Assembly (NCBI GenBank): GCA_000165345.1
Contig: CM000429.1
Span: forward strand, 448,001-512,000
DNA length: 64,000 bases
Reading direction: 5' to 3'
In this document: one piece after another, positions 1 to 10,428 of the stretch
Layout: the number at the start of each line of letters is the position of its first letter
Numbering within the stretch: the first letter of the stretch is position 1
Notes under the pieces: model-generated
The model's database searches: none
What the model was told of the DNA's origin: nothing
The model's input: the letters and a program-made list of their open reading frames with translations, nothing else
Program-made: the position numbers and the translations under genes

Positions 1-1
1 G

Positions 2-3000
2 ATGGATAACAAATTGCTATTACTGCCGAAGAATAGATTACTTTGGCTTAATGACCAAGCTTTAAAAAGTACATTAAGCCAATTTGATCAACCAATTAAA
101 ATACTGAACAACCCAATTTTAATTGATTATTCTTTAAAGAGGGTTCTTACAGATGAAGTAATTATTTCAAAAAATGTCACTTTTACTTCTAATGATTTGG
201 TAGTGTTGACAACTTCAACATTAGATGATACTCAGGATAGAGTTAAACTATTATGGGATATATTAATTCATTTAAAAAACAAAGATGACTCAAAATTATT
301 GTCGAATAATGTAATTACTTGGATGGAAGATTGGGAAGATAAATTTATCTCAACAAAAGTAAAAGATAATGATAGTTTTGATCCTCGAATTTATGTTGAG
401 TATTTGAATACATATTCGTTTCCAAAAATCAAAAAGAAAGATATATTGGATTCTTCTAAACAGCATGATAAAAAAACAAAATTTAATTCATTACTTGAAT
501 CTCAACCTATTCAGTTAATGAGAGAATTTTTTGTTAAGTTGTATTCCGAAAGTATTTTTCAAAGAAAATATTGGCCTGTTTTTATAGGCACAATTCCAAT
601 TTGTGATTTGGAGCCTTCTAACCATTATTCTAGTTCCTCACTAGATTATAATCAGAGACACTCAGAGAATAAATCAATTTGTGATTCCCAATCATTTGTC
701 TCAAATTTAAGAGAAATGAATGCACCATGCAGTGTTTCATTTTGGCTATTCCCAATCAACCTTGACAAATATCAAGATAAATTTTCAATTTCAAATAATA
801 AAAAATTTGAAATCTATAAAAATAAAATAAATGGAGACTTTGAAGAGTGCAATTTATTTGAAACAAAAATTTTTGAATATAATAAAGATGGAAAATGGAA
901 ATTGATTGCATATAGAGGAATCACAGTTTCAACTATTTCATTTTGGATTACAGATATGGGAAACTTAGGTATTATAGTTAATTCACCAAACAAAAATTAT
1001 CCATTAAATCTAATGCTAAATAACAATACTGCTAACAATCATAGTCAAGTTTCAGAGACTCTAACATTTTCGTCGTTTATTCAGAATAAGTCATCAGCTA
1101 TTGAATTCCATACAACAATTATAATATCAAATCGAAAAATTAATTTGGATCAATGGAATCATATTACAGTTACGATTGGTTCTGAAAAAAAAACAGAAAA
1201 TTTTTCTAATTCTAGAATAGATAACAGTTATTCTGTAAAACTTTATATCAATGGTTTGTTTGATGAGTGTAAAAATATTCCAACAGAGAATATTCCCTTG
1301 ATAGGAGGTGATTTACCTTGGATTATTGGTTGTCACAAATATTTAAGAACAGATTCTTTGAATAATTACGTTTCTCAAAGTGCTCAAGATGATTCTTTAA
1401 TAAAAGAAATACCTAATATATTTTTGGGACAGGACATTAGCTCATCTAAGCTTTTAAGGTACTTAGGATCCAATAAAAATTATTTAAAATTGGTAACAGG
1501 GGAACCTTTGTTTGGCCTCGTAGCAAATTTCATTGTAATTCATTTTGAATGGGAAATAGAAAATATTCATGACTATATTAAAAAAACATTTGATGAAATA
1601 TTATTTCAAGACGAATTAGATGAAATGAATAACTCTGAAGATCTATTAAACAACTCAAATCCAAAAATTGCAAGAACATGTTCAAATTCAAAGTTTCGCA
1701 ATTCTTCAAAATACTCTAAAACTCTATTACATGTGTTTTCAAATAATTGGAAGAATAAACCAATTGTTTCTCATTTTAATAATATTTGGCAACAAGAATA
1801 CATCAATATTAAAATTAACTCAAATAAAGAAGTGAAAACAGAAGAAGTAAATAGAGAAAAGGAATTACTAAATATATCGATTCCAAAAATTTTCATGAAT
1901 AATAATATTTTTAATAGAAAAATGCACATTAAATTAGATATAGTCGTATTGGAAAAACTTGAAATTATCAGCTACGAAGAATTGATTAAAAAAAACAGAA
2001 AAACTAAGAGAAGCATGGATAAATGTTCATGCAAAGATTCTCCAATTGACACAATAGTTATTATTGAAAAAAATAACTTTGAAGGCTCCCTATTTGTATT
2101 AAGGTTAAAATACTTAAACAATTTATTTAGTGATTTAGTACTAAATAAACTGAAAAAAGAATTGGATGCTATATTTGAGAGAGAAGTTAGAACTCCCAAT
2201 AATGATTCATTTTCGAATAATGTGAATCATAATCTAAATATTTTGCATGATACGTACTCTAACCATGATATAATTAAAAAATTTGAACATTATTGTAATT
2301 TTAATAGTAAAAATACTAATAATATATTTATTCAAAAGGGAAGTATAGCTGAATATATTGAAAATAAACAAAATACAGAGTTAGAAGAACTAGAAAATAT
2401 ACAATTTAATGAAATTTCAAGTAAAGAAGTGCATGAAATAATACCTTCAGTTGGTGAATACATTAATTTTTTATTTAATGAAATAAAGTTATCGGAACCA
2501 ATTTTTCCAATACTTAATGATTTAAAACCATCTATATTTGAAGAGAAGGTTGGCTGTCAAAACTGCAAAGTTGTAATTCTTAACTATTTGAATATTTGTA
2601 ATACTATTTTAAAAAGAATTTCGATATTATTTGTCTCCATTTTCAGTTTCATTGAAATAGTATCGCCAAGACCAAGTATTTTCAAGTATTCTTGGTTAAA
2701 AATGACAAGAAGGTATTTGAGTTTATCCTTGAAGGAGGTATTGATTAATTTATGTCTCACAATAACTGAGGATTCAAAAGCTGATGGAAAAGTTAGAGTA
2801 GCCATTAATAGGACAAAATCAATAATAAGAAATAAAGAAATACTATATTTTGATGATCAATTTATATTCGATAGCGTATTTGGCCAACTTTATATTATTC
2901 TGGAAAAAGTGCCCATTTACAGGCTTCGTTGCAAAAAAAGACCTTGGTATGTTATTTATGAGGGCGAAGGTGGAATTGATGCAGGTGGGATATATAGAGA

Positions 3001-4321
3001 TTTGTTATCTCACATTTGTCTTGAACTTCAAAGCGATAAATTACCATTATTTGTTGTTTGCCCAAATTCATATGGATACGGAGAAAATCAGTTTTATTTT
3101 GTTCCAAATCCAAGTCTTGGAAAAAAATTTACTTTCAATGACAGTTTTAAAGTTGAAAAAAACACAAATACTAATTTAAAAGATATAAATACCGAAAAAA
3201 AAATTAAATATGGTAATTCTGGAGGCTGCATAAAGTTGATTTACGATTCATTATATACATTCATTGGAAGATTAATGGGAATATCTATCAGAACTCAAAT
3301 TCCATTAAACCTAGATATACCTAATATTATTTGGAAATTAATATTGGGCGAGAGTGTTTCACTAAATGATTTGAAACAAATTGATTGGTATTCTGTTAAA
3401 TTCTATTTAAAGTTAAAACAAATAGAATGTAATTGGAAAAACAGCGATATTAAGGACAAGAGTAGAAAAGGATTAATACTGGAAGAGTTTGATTCACTTC
3501 AATTAAATTGGTCCTGTTTAAATATTAATGGTGAAGTCGTAGAATTAAAACTTGATGGAGAGAAAATACCCGTAAGAATAGATGAGCTCGGAAAATACTG
3601 TAATTTGTTCAAAGAATATAAGCTTGAGAGAGAATTTTTACATGCAACAAATAACATTAGGAAGGGGATTACGGAAATAATTCCTGAAAACATTTTAGAA
3701 TTACAAACTTGTGAAGAACTGGAAAGATTGATTTGCGGAAACCCCTCTTTGGATATCGATGAGTTAAAACAACATACAAAATATACTGGCTATTCTTCAA
3801 ATGACAAAATTATTAATTGGTTTTGGGATGTATTATCGGAATTGACAGTGCTTCAACAACAAATGTTTCTTAGGTTTGTATGGGGAAGAAGCAGACTTCC
3901 AAGCAAAGGAGCTCAGTGGGAGTGCAATATGGAAATAGTCAGAGTTTATGCTTCTGAAAACACAATTCATGGCGGGGGAACTATTGTTGAAAATATTGAT
4001 CGAATACCTAGTTTCTCCAATTTAAATTCAGAAGAGTTTGATTACATAGAAGATGAATTAGAACACGATAATGATCAATTGAACACTGAATTGATCGATC
4101 AAACGTATTTCAGGGAGCAATCAACTTCGAATATCACATCAGGAGATTTATCTGTACATGGAAATAAGGAAGATCATTTACTTCCTACTAGTCATACTTG
4201 TTTTTTCCAATTAGAATTACCCGGATACTCATCTAAAAAAATACTAAAGGAAAAATTATTGTATGCAATTACTGAAGGAGTTGCAATTGACATAGACAAT
4301 GTAGTACTTGATAATAATTAG
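2..4321 (+). CDS. HECT-domain E3 ubiquitin-protein ligase; 5'-partial at window edge, C-terminal HECT catalytic domain
   Basis: 1439-codon uninterrupted ORF running off the 5' edge. The C-terminal ~350 aa has HECT hallmarks (..LPSKGAQWECNMEIVRVYASE.., ..TCFFQLELPGYSSKKILKEKLLYAITEGV.. with the catalytic Cys in the 'HTCF' context near the C-terminus). Stop TAG at 4319-4321. Confidence 0.8.
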   Translation: MDNKLLLLPKNRLLWLNDQALKSTLSQFDQPIKILNNPILIDYSLKRVLTDEVIISKNVTFTSNDLVVLTTSTLDDTQDRVKLLWDILIHLKNKDDSKLLSNNVITWMEDWEDKFISTKVKDNDSFDPRIYVEYLNTYSFPKIKKKDILDSSKQHDKKTKFNSLLESQPIQLMREFFVKLYSESIFQRKYWPVFIGTIPICDLEPSNHYSSSSLDYNQRHSENKSICDSQSFVSNLREMNAPCSVSFWLFPINLDKYQDKFSISNNKKFEIYKNKINGDFEECNLFETKIFEYNKDGKWKLIAYRGITVSTISFWITDMGNLGIIVNSPNKNYPLNLMLNNNTANNHSQVSETLTFSSFIQNKSSAIEFHTTIIISNRKINLDQWNHITVTIGSEKKTENFSNSRIDNSYSVKLYINGLFDECKNIPTENIPLIGGDLPWIIGCHKYLRTDSLNNYVSQSAQDDSLIKEIPNIFLGQDISSSKLLRYLGSNKNYLKLVTGEPLFGLVANFIVIHFEWEIENIHDYIKKTFDEILFQDELDEMNNSEDLLNNSNPKIARTCSNSKFRNSSKYSKTLLHVFSNNWKNKPIVSHFNNIWQQEYINIKINSNKEVKTEEVNREKELLNISIPKIFMNNNIFNRKMHIKLDIVVLEKLEIISYEELIKKNRKTKRSMDKCSCKDSPIDTIVIIEKNNFEGSLFVLRLKYLNNLFSDLVLNKLKKELDAIFEREVRTPNNDSFSNNVNHNLNILHDTYSNHDIIKKFEHYCNFNSKNTNNIFIQKGSIAEYIENKQNTELEELENIQFNEISSKEVHEIIPSVGEYINFLFNEIKLSEPIFPILNDLKPSIFEEKVGCQNCKVVILNYLNICNTILKRISILFVSIFSFIEIVSPRPSIFKYSWLKMTRRYLSLSLKEVLINLCLTITEDSKADGKVRVAINRTKSIIRNKEILYFDDQFIFDSVFGQLYIILEKVPIYRLRCKKRPWYVIYEGEGGIDAGGIYRDLLSHICLELQSDKLPLFVVCPNSYGYGENQFYFVPNPSLGKKFTFNDSFKVEKNTNTNLKDINTEKKIKYGNSGGCIKLIYDSLYTFIGRLMGISIRTQIPLNLDIPNIIWKLILGESVSLNDLKQIDWYSVKFYLKLKQIECNWKNSDIKDKSRKGLILEEFDSLQLNWSCLNINGEVVELKLDGEKIPVRIDELGKYCNLFKEYKLEREFLHATNNIRKGITEIIPENILELQTCEELERLICGNPSLDIDELKQHTKYTGYSSNDKIINWFWDVLSELTVLQQQMFLRFVWGRSRLPSKGAQWECNMEIVRVYASENTIHGGGTIVENIDRIPSFSNLNSEEFDYIEDELEHDNDQLNTELIDQTYFREQSTSNITSGDLSVHGNKEDHLLPTSHTCFFQLELPGYSSKKILKEKLLYAITEGVAIDIDNVVLDNN

Positions 4322-4502
4322 GAGTAATATTGGTTACATAACTTACTTAAATATATTCAATTTTTTGAACAATTATTTAGCGCTACAATTTCTTTAATAT
4401 TTATTTTCAAATTGTATAACTGAATAATTGAGTTAATGAATTAATGGAAATAAACAAAGATTTGGAAGAGGAATAAGGAAATTGAAATCAAACTTAAATA
4501 TT

Positions 4503-6030
4503 ATGAATTCATTAGTACAAAACTCTCCTTTTTCATCAATGATGAACTTTACTTTTTTTGACCAAGCAAAAAAGATATTACAATCAGAAGAATCTAATAA
4601 ATTAGAAAAGTATAAAATTTGGAAGGAAAACACATCATTACTCTATGAAAATATAATGACTCATATTTTGGAGTGGCCATCACTATCAGTACAGTGGATG
4701 TGTGAAAGTAGTATTTCTGATGTTGAAAGCTTTTACTCTGATGAAGGTATAAACGAAACATCAAAGTATTCTTTGTTAACAGGCACCCATACATCAGGAA
4801 TGGACCAAGATTATATTATTATATTGGATGTTTTATTACCAAATTGCCCCATTCCAGAAAATTGTAGGAAATTCGATTCTCATAGCGATTATGCTGGCTT
4901 TACAATACCACATATGGAAGCTGACTCAAATAATTTTAGTCAAAGAATCCTAATTCCACACGATGGAGAAGTAAATCGAGTTGTTAGTTCTCCCATGAAT
5001 AGGAACATTATTGCATCCAAAACTGTGGTGGGCAATGTTAATATTTACGATTTAAATAGCTTAGTGGACGAAAAAATGGTTAAAGGAACTGTTAAAACTG
5101 AAAATAATCCATCATTAATTTTATGCGGTCATGAGTTAGAAGGTTGGGCTTTAAGTTGGAATAAAATTAAAGAGTCCTATTTGGCAAGCGGTTCGGATGA
5201 TAATGTTATTTGCTTATGGGATATTCAAAGTAAACCAAATAATTATGAAAGGAAATTAAAACCGATTCTTAAATTCATGGGGCATGAAAAAAGCGTTCAA
5301 GATATCTCATGGAATCCTTCAAATGAGAATATTATGATTTCAGTTGGAGATGATGGGTTAATAATGATTTGGGATATTCGTGAATCAGCCTCACCATGCT
5401 GCACTATAAAAACGTTAAAAGAACATTGTTCTGACAATACAAAAATTAACTTTAATTTTAAAAAGTCGGTTGGATATTCTTGTATTGGCCATTGTAGTAC
5501 AAATATTAATAGCCTTAACACAATTGAATTCAATCCATTTCAAACAAACATTATTGCTGTTGGAGGGAGCGACCCCGTGATAGCGATATTTGATATTAGA
5601 AACATGAGCAAACGACTTCACTCACTTAACGGGCATTCTGGACAAATAAATCGTTTAAGTTTCCTCTTAGAAAATGAGTCATTATTGGCATCTGCGTCTT
5701 CAGACTCTACAGTTTCGGTAAGTTTAATTTAAGATTAAATTTATAGACCTAATTACGATAAACTTTCAGATTTGGGATTTATCAAAAATTGGAATGGAAC
5801 AAAGACCTGATGAAGTTGAAGATGGTGTACCGGAGCTAATTTTTACTCATAGTGGGCATACTTCTCCAGTAATAGATTTGTCTTGCATGACTAACTATTT
5901 ACAGACGACTACATTTGCAAGTATAAGCGAAAACAATTATTTGCATATTTGGAGCCCAGGAGAAGCTATGTTTCTTTCAGATGATGAAGATGAAGAACTT
6001 GAAAGGATAAAAGATATCCAAGTTGAATAA
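4503..6030 (+). CDS. RbAp46/48 (MSI1/Hat2/CAF-1 p48) family WD40 histone-binding protein. Two exons: 4503..5717 and 5770..6030, with a 52-nt intron at 5718..5769.
   Basis: The N-terminus EKYKIWKENTSLLYENIMTHILEWPSLSVQWM matches the RbAp48 signature ([28 protein letters not shown].QWLP). Exon 1 ends ..SDSTVS|GTAAGT, and the intron ends ..ACTTTCAG. Exon 2 reads IWDLSKIGMEQRPDEVEDGVPELIFTHSGHTSPV.., matching the RbAp48 C-terminus (VWDLSKIGEEQ..EDGPPELLFIHGGHT). The ORF-track start at 4482 is a TTG; the first ATG is 4503. Confidence 0.8.
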
Positions 6031-6101
6031 ACGTACATTTTATTCAGAAAAATTACATCAGATTTTGCGGCAAATTGACATTTTTCAATTAGCAATGAAT
6101 T

Positions 6102-6659
6102 ATGGAGTACACGAATAGAAAGCTTTACGGAGGAGCAATAACATTAAATATCCCAAAGGAATTTGATGATATCAGTAATGTGAGAGATGTTCCTGATCAT
6201 CAAGAGGTTTTTGTTGATGGGTTTTCAGAAAGTAGTATAATTGTTGAAATTTTGGATCCTATTGATTTTGCTGGATGCAGGAACGTCGCAGAATATTATT
6301 TTATGGATATTTCTGAATTCAACAGTTCATTAGATACGAGAATAATATATTCTGAACCACTGTCTACGTATTCCAATGATTTAGAAATTTCCAAATGTTT
6401 TGGTAATCAGAAATTAGATAAGAGATATCCAGATGGAATTCGAAGAGAAGAATTAGAATTATATTTGCTAGTATTGAGAGTTGTCTCAAAGAAGGCTGAC
6501 ATTGTTATATCTTTCAACAATCCAACGGGATGTGCAGCTGTCAAAAAATCTTTGCATACAAACACCGACGATAGAAGACATACAGAAAAGGAAATAAGAG
6601 AAATTATGGACGAGATATTAAGGAGCTTCATAATAAAAGATTATAATCTATTCTTATAG
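6102..6659 (+). CDS. MOG1: Mog1/PsbP-fold Ran GTPase-binding protein
   Basis: 185 aa. LYGGAITLNIPKEFDDISNVRDVPDHQEVFVD and ..ADIVISFNNP.. parallel yeast Mog1 (LYGGAITTVVPPGFIDASTLREVPDTQEVYV ... TDVVISINVP). It starts only 71 bp after the upstream stop. Confidence 0.55.
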   Translation: MEYTNRKLYGGAITLNIPKEFDDISNVRDVPDHQEVFVDGFSESSIIVEILDPIDFAGCRNVAEYYFMDISEFNSSLDTRIIYSEPLSTYSNDLEISKCFGNQKLDKRYPDGIRREELELYLLVLRVVSKKADIVISFNNPTGCAAVKKSLHTNTDDRRHTEKEIREIMDEILRSFIIKDYNLFL

Positions 6660-6723
6660 AATATTATATTTACATTAGAACAAAATTTTAATATTACTTA
6701 TCTAAAGCTATAGTAGTAGCGGA

Positions 6724-7965
6724 TTAGTTATTATTACTTCCCCTTACATCGACTTTACAAAGTGGGCAGATTACAGACATCTTGAACCATTCCTTAATAC
6801 ACTGATGGTGAAAGATATGCTGACAGTCTAATCTAACCACAAAATCTCCTTCATTAACCTCGGATAAGCAAACTGTACACAGCGGAGCATCATCTGATGA
6901 ACTACAAGTTTCATTCCCTTCTCCATAATAATATGATTTTTGTGTTATTTTATTTACGATTTCATTATTTATCCCTCGGCTATTATTGGAGTCAGCAGAA
7001 CCAAATATTCGATCGACGTCTGAAGGAGGGAGGTGGGCGAGAGCCTGCAATATTGAAAATGGCCTGCTTCTAGGGGGAAGGCGTATTATATTTTCTAATA
7101 AGTGAACAGGAAGAAGGTCAACAATCGATGGTGTTAGACTGCCTTGGCAATAAATTGTTGTATTATCACCTATCCGAGCTTTTACACCAGCAGGATCTGT
7201 TGCAATTATTTTAAATTGAACACCATTGTATGTAAAGCTTTCCCCTTCTGAAAAAGGGTGGAATGTATATCTCGATAGGAATGGTTTGAGATAGTCTTGG
7301 AATATATCAAATGAATATGTTTGAGGCAAAGTATCTGAAAATGGCATTACATGAATTCTTTTAAATTCACCAAAACAATCCCAGTTAATGTAAACTGCTG
7401 TATTTCCGTCAATAACGCCAACTTGAGTTGGCTCGCATGCCCATACGAGAAATGTTATCCCATCTATTTCCACTTTTCTTCCAACATATATAGGTTCTTT
7501 CCTCTTTTTCTGAAAGTATGGCTCAATGTAAAGTCTACAGAGCTGATCACTTCCACATAGATTTTCAACTTCAGAATTTGACACTTCAATTTCCCTTTCA
7601 AATTCTCTTTGATCTTGCAATAACCTGTTTAGTCGAATAGTAGAAACCTTTTGTGCAAGAGGTGAAAGCGCAGCATTAAATGGAGGCAGTGCCAAGAAGT
7701 GCACTTTTTGTAACGACATTAATGGCTTACCATTTGCAAATACTTGAGTTGACTCAGATAATGCGCCCCCTTCTACTGGATCGCAAAACAACACAACAAA
7801 ATAATTCCTTTCATCAATATAAACTTTGTCGAACGGTTTCAATACTCTGTTTTCTACCTCATACTTCCGTAATACCTTAAGCAGAAGCTCGATGTCATGC
7901 TGTTCCTTCCATGGAAGTAATTGTATTCTTGATAGAACATTTTTCAATTGTTCACCAGAATCCAT
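6724..7965 (-). CDS. RING-H2 zinc-finger protein (probable E3 ligase) with an uncharacterised N-terminal domain
   Basis: 413 aa. The C-terminus CTVCLSEVNEGDFVVRLDCQHIFHHQCIKEWFKMSVICPLCKVDV is a canonical C3H2C3 RING-H2. ATG at 7965. Confidence 0.6.
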   Translation of the reverse strand: MDSGEQLKNVLSRIQLLPWKEQHDIELLLKVLRKYEVENRVLKPFDKVYIDERNYFVVLFCDPVEGGALSESTQVFANGKPLMSLQKVHFLALPPFNAALSPLAQKVSTIRLNRLLQDQREFEREIEVSNSEVENLCGSDQLCRLYIEPYFQKKRKEPIYVGRKVEIDGITFLVWACEPTQVGVIDGNTAVYINWDCFGEFKRIHVMPFSDTLPQTYSFDIFQDYLKPFLSRYTFHPFSEGESFTYNGVQFKIIATDPAGVKARIGDNTTIYCQGSLTPSIVDLLPVHLLENIIRLPPRSRPFSILQALAHLPPSDVDRIFGSADSNNSRGINNEIVNKITQKSYYYGEGNETCSSSDDAPLCTVCLSEVNEGDFVVRLDCQHIFHHQCIKEWFKMSVICPLCKVDVRGSNNN

Positions 7966-8061
7966 TTTATAACGGTATGAAATAAATTTTAGTAATTTGC
8001 AAAACGCGCGGCCACATTTTTACCGCTCAAATAGTTCAAACAGTAATTTGAGATCAATATA

Positions 8062-8664
8062 TTAACTCCACCATGAGATCATGCCAAGCCCATCATTTTG
8101 AACATTTCCAACAACGACCATTGATGACACACTGTTGTCATGAGACTGGTCATTAAATACGACACTTGAGACTTTAAATCTTATTGTAGAATCGATTAAA
8201 TAACACAATTTGTGATTTTCATAGTCCCAAGACCATATTTTTGTGTTGGAGTCTATTGATTTGGGTTCCCTTAAATCATTACAAGGAATTTTAATGTCAC
8301 TAAAAAATCCAAGGCTAACAGTTAATCCTGTTGAATCTGAATCAATGACTACCCCTTCAATTACTTCACCAACATATGGTCTAAATGATATCATTTTAAA
8401 TGTAACACAAAATAACAATCCTCCTTCATCATTATCAATATCTGCATGATCAACATCATCAAACCCTACGAAATAAATCATTAATCCTGCATTTTTCACA
8501 ACTTTATTTAAGTACTTATCATTTATTCGATTCCTCAAAATAACCAAAGGGTCGTTAATTCTCGGGTTTATATTTTGTATATCCTTTAAATGAATTTCAG
8601 AGAAGTGATTTAACTCGTTAGGGAAGACATTAATTTGATCATCAATTGTAATAACTCCAAACAT
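8062..8664 (-). CDS. RNA polymerase subunit of the Rpb7/Rpc25 family (N-terminal RNP fold plus S1 domain), most like the Pol III subunit Rpc25
   Basis: 200 aa. MFGVITIDDQINVFPNEL.., ..VTFKMISFRPYVGEVIEGVVIDSDSTGLTVSLGFFSDIKIP (the S1-domain segment of the Rpb7 family), and a C-terminal ..NDGLGMISWWS matching the Rpc25 C-terminus (..DGMGLVSWWE). Confidence 0.6.
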   Translation of the reverse strand: MFGVITIDDQINVFPNELNHFSEIHLKDIQNINPRINDPLVILRNRINDKYLNKVVKNAGLMIYFVGFDDVDHADIDNDEGGLLFCVTFKMISFRPYVGEVIEGVVIDSDSTGLTVSLGFFSDIKIPCNDLREPKSIDSNTKIWSWDYENHKLCYLIDSTIRFKVSSVVFNDQSHDNSVSSMVVVGNVQNDGLGMISWWS

Positions 8665-9283
8665 AGTGTAAAAGCAATTTATATTATTATATCACTATAA
8701 TCGTATGATTATATTATTTACTATTTACTTTTGGTTATATATTTTTCAATGTTTTTTTGTTTCAAACCTTTAAATTCTGAAAATTATTTAGAAATAACTA
8801 GCGCCTTTTTAAATATTAAAAAAATCGCTTTTTAGCGAAAATAATAAATGCATTGGATTATTGACGGGCACTATATCCAATTTTCCAGTTAATTATAAAC
8901 ATTTTTAGATACAATATATAAACTTCATTTCTAAAATAGTTTAACTTGCTTTCATATCTTTTTTCAGTTACATAAATTAAGTCATAGTAAACTAAAAATT
9001 AAGGTTCTCAAATTCTAAGACTACCCGTCATACCGGCATAATTCTTGTTTCACTGGCGTTAGATGAGTCTCTATACTCGATTAGAAACTTGCATAGTTAG
9101 CAACAATTATACACAGGGATTGATTAGTGACTATAAATTTAAAATATATTTGTAAATGCTTGCCAAGAAAACTTGACAAATAAAATACCAAGCTGCACAG
9201 AATTGGACAAATATCGCATTCTATTTAGAAATTATTCAGAAAATATTCTGATTTAGATATTATATAGCTCCTATTAGTCTCAT

Positions 9284-9940
9284 TTATGCTAATCTATTAA
9301 ATCTTTCATTTGTATTCTCTCTAGAAAAAGAACCAGTAGAGTCTATTGAAATACCGGCTGCCTGAAGTTGATTTCTGCATCCAAACTGAACCATAATACA
9401 AATCACTCCTAAGAATGCCATGTAAGTTCCTGCAAATAATTCTAAAAAGTTTATTCTAAAGATAGACATAGCCAATATACCGGAAAGCAAATAGAGAGTA
9501 CCTTTCCCTGCAGGAACAGTCAAAAACTTTGCCCATTCCAAACAGAAATCTCTGAAAGGTTTCAATTTTTCAATATCTTTTGATTCAACTATCATTACTA
9601 CAATACCAAGCCCAAATAAGACGGCTTCAAACAAATAGCTTCCGGGTGATAAAAACAATTGACTAATACTAAAAATTCCAAGTAATGAGGCAAGAGAAAG
9701 GAAAATACCACCAACGAAACATAGCGCTCTCAATGGCTTGGGCCCTTCCCCTATTATGTGTGAATTTTGCAGATAGTCCCTTCCACTTCCTAATAATTGA
9801 TTACCACAGTTTTGAATCGTAGTTGCAGCCTGCCTTCCATAGTCATTAACCATTGTATATGCCTAAAAATCGAGTATTTATAATCAAAATAATTTAATTA
9901 AACTTACCATTTGGTTTGTAGTGTTCGATTGATTATCCAT
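9284..9940 (-). CDS. Small four-pass integral membrane protein (hypothetical). Main ORF 9284..9853, with a possible 33-nt 5' exon at 9908..9940 joined across a 45-nt intron at 9863..9907.
   Basis: A 189-aa ORF with four hydrophobic segments (LCFVGGIFLSLASLLGIF.., LFGLGIVVMIV.., LYLLSGILAMSIF.., YMAFLGVICIMV..). Upstream, ATGGATAATCAATCGAACACTACAAACCAAATG|GTAAGT...TTTTTAG|GCATATACAATG is in frame. I could not assign a family from sequence. Confidence 0.4.
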
Positions 9941-10428
9941 TATTTAATTAATTAATTTACATAAATTTTTATATATAACTCTGGCTTCAACAGGTATTAC
10001 GTTGCAGATATTCGTGATCAAAAAAAAATCACGGAAAAATGGCTTACAGTATAATTATATTAATTACACACTAACAAATTTGTATCACAACAACCTAATA
10101 CATGTCAATTCAAATATTAATTATAATTCCCCCATTGTTGATCTAAATCCAAATAGCACGTATTGCCTCAAGCGGGTTCATTTGTGGTTGGCGGTAATTC
10201 ACTAATTCCTTTATTTTTCTTGTAAATTGAAATTATCAAGTTAATTATATGTAATTTTAGACTTGATATGATACTGTCGTTCAATGATCCTTAATTCTAG
10301 AGATTTATTCCCCATTTATATCTACTTCCTTATTGATACTATATTTTTTTCTAATTTTTATGTTTTTTTTTCCCAAAACATAGCAATTGATTTTCCCTCA
10401 TTTCTCAATGTAAAACTAAATCGTCATT

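Noticed and set aside
2850-3179. 109-aa plus-strand ORF overlapping the HECT gene in another frame, and several short minus-strand ORFs within 1972..3693
   Set aside because: They are nested inside a 1439-codon conserved ORF, are hydrophobic with Ile/Leu/Phe-rich composition from AT-rich codons, and have no support.
9001-9130. Possible tRNA gene in a GC-containing island (..CTACCCGTCATACCGGCATAATTCTTGTTTCACTGGCGTTAGATGAGTCTC..)
   Set aside because: I could not fold it into a cloverleaf. There is no GTTCGAATC/GGTTCGANTCC T-loop box and no plausible acceptor-stem pairing. Left as a candidate ncRNA region only.
10002-10205. 67-aa ORF in the divergent spacer between the membrane-protein gene and the prenyltransferase gene
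   Set aside because: It begins at a non-ATG codon and is N/Y/I-rich with promoter-like AT composition. Most likely non-coding promoter sequence.
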